Positions 62,800 through 64,000 of a DNA stretch of 64,000 bases are shown here, one piece after another; position 1 is the first letter of the stretch; each line of letters opens with the position of its first letter. The position numbers and the translations under genes were made by a program. The stretch is taken from positions 434,001 to 498,000 of the forward strand of contig NW_019029006.1 of the NCBI RefSeq assembly GCF_002105155.1. The letters run 5' to 3'. The DNA comes from Lobosporangium transversale. Lineage: Eukaryota. A model generated the notes under the pieces. The model searched no databases, was not told the DNA's origin, and saw nothing but the letters and a program-made list of their open reading frames with translations.

Positions 62800-63661
62800 A
62801 CTGAAGGTAATCGGGTGCGATTTGCGTGTGTGTGTGTGGAAAAGCAAAGAAGAAAAAGAAATGTCGACTGCTCTGGGCATCATGGAATTTTATGCAAAGC
62901 CATGCTCCAAGAAGAGATGTTCTCTCGGCTTGTCTGGCCCGACTTTTCCGCGCCAAGGCTGGGCTGTGCTACAAGAATACATATTGAAGGGAAGACTCAT
63001 TTGATTGTGTTACACCTTCAGGTCAGGTTTTGATGATCGTCACCAATCATTTAATTTGTTTGGCCTCACCCAGTAGATGTGCAAATCCGATTTTGATCCA
63101 AACAGGACATGTTACAAGGGCCAATCGCGTCTCTTATTGGAGGCTTGTTTTTGCAAGTTAATAAGGCTCCAGCTTAGGTATCAACATGGCCGCCTTTTGA
63201 GTTGACTTGCTTTGTAAATGGAGCTTTGTTCTCAGAAATGAAAGCAAGCATCCAAATCAGGCCCATTCGATATTTTAACAGCGTTGATATTACACCATTT
63301 GTGCCTTAGGTGTTTATGCCTAATGGCAAATTAAATACCGCAATACCAAGCATATTGGGAACGAGGCATAAAAAAAGTGCCATGTCATGTAATAGGTGTA
63401 CTGTACTATGTAGACAGAAAACTATATCATATAGTAACAAGATGTCGTCTGTCGTGATAATAAAGAGCCTACTCTTTGTGCTTTTGAACCTCAGTTGTAT
63501 ATTACACTGTAAGGTTGTTTTAATTGGATTAAAACACTGCACGACTGAAGAGTTACACATCATTTAGCAGCATTTTATTCTCTTTTAGTGCATAAAGAGT
63601 ACCCAAGTAGGATTCTCAAAAGTCACGCCGACCGGGACATATTTCTATAAAAGTAGTATCT

Positions 63662-64000
63662 TTAGATGAGTGCTGAAAGTCCGGTGCACGTACATGGGCG
63701 CCTCCTACAACTATAACATACACGTGGGCCGTCAATAAGATCGATTGCTGCCAGGTGAAACTTTTGCTCCAAGGCATATGCTAGTTTCATGGCCTCTAAA
63801 TCAACTTCATTCACTTTTTCGTGCTCGCTTCCATCCTCTTCATCTGTATCTTTGTATCCGTGCTCATCTGTATCTTTGTACCCGTACTCATCTGTATCAT
63901 TGTACTCGTATTCGTCTGTATCATTGTACTCGTATTCGTCTGTATCTTTGTACCCATACTCGTCTGTATATTTGTACCCGTACTCGTCTGTATCGTTAGA
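63662..64000 (-). CDS. Paralog of the 62140-62799 gene (5'-partial, runs off the window) with an octapeptide repeat insertion
   Basis: Open frame from 64000: SN(DTDEYGYK-type)x6.5..DLEAMKLAYALEQKFHLAAIDLIDGPRVCYSCRRRPCTCTGLSALI*. Not called by the ORF track, which shows only its antisense shadow. Confidence 0.85.
   Translation of the reverse strand, partial: SNDTDEYGYKYTDEYGYKDTDEYEYNDTDEYEYNDTDEYGYKDTDEHGYKDTDEEDGSEHEKVNEVDLEAMKLAYALEQKFHLAAIDLIDGPRVCYSCRRRPCTCTGLSALI
63838..63997 (-). repeat. 24-bp coding minisatellite, about 6.5 copies (GATACAGA[C/T]GAGTACGGGTACAAA consensus)
   Basis: Period-24 repeat directly visible; encodes DTDE(Y/H)(G/E)Y(K/N). Confidence 0.92.

Noticed and set aside
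63745..63999. + strand ORF with HLYLCTRT repeats; also considered as a CRISPR-like array
   Set aside because: It is the antisense shadow of the minus-strand paralog. The repeats are contiguous 24-mers with no spacers.

Overview
This is eukaryotic, fungal DNA: spliceosomal introns with very long poly(A)/poly(T) tracts, and gene families typical of Mortierellaceae/Mucoromycota (taxonomy is inference). I assembled about 20 protein genes by hand from splice sites. They are: cyclin L (5'-partial), two F-box proteins, a CYSTM protein, Rab geranylgeranyltransferase alpha, a sphingomyelin-synthase-family protein, ribosomal protein P2, a PGC1-like GDPD, an FAD monooxygenase, a divergent XRN exonuclease, an intronless prokaryote-like SAM methyltransferase, an AGTRAP-like protein, an alpha/beta-hydrolase lacking its nucleophile, a CLIP-170-like protein, an NAD kinase, a repeat-rich hypothetical protein, an intronless GT23 fucosyltransferase, a GRIP golgin, and two members of an uncharacterised family. 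Highlights: (i) a four-copy local array of that family at 60.7-64 kb, with one intact copy, one copy carrying a 24-bp repeat expansion and two pseudogenes, one of them inverted and sharing a perfect 35-nt match with the intact gene; (ii) a 26.2-27.7 kb debris patch holding a monooxygenase relic and an orphan mutated 28S rRNA fragment fused to an F-box-like remnant; (iii) three frame-supported GC-AG introns; (iv) two intronless enzymes of possible foreign or unusual origin. There is no CRISPR array, tRNA or recognisable transposase. All homology calls come from motif recognition; no database search was run.
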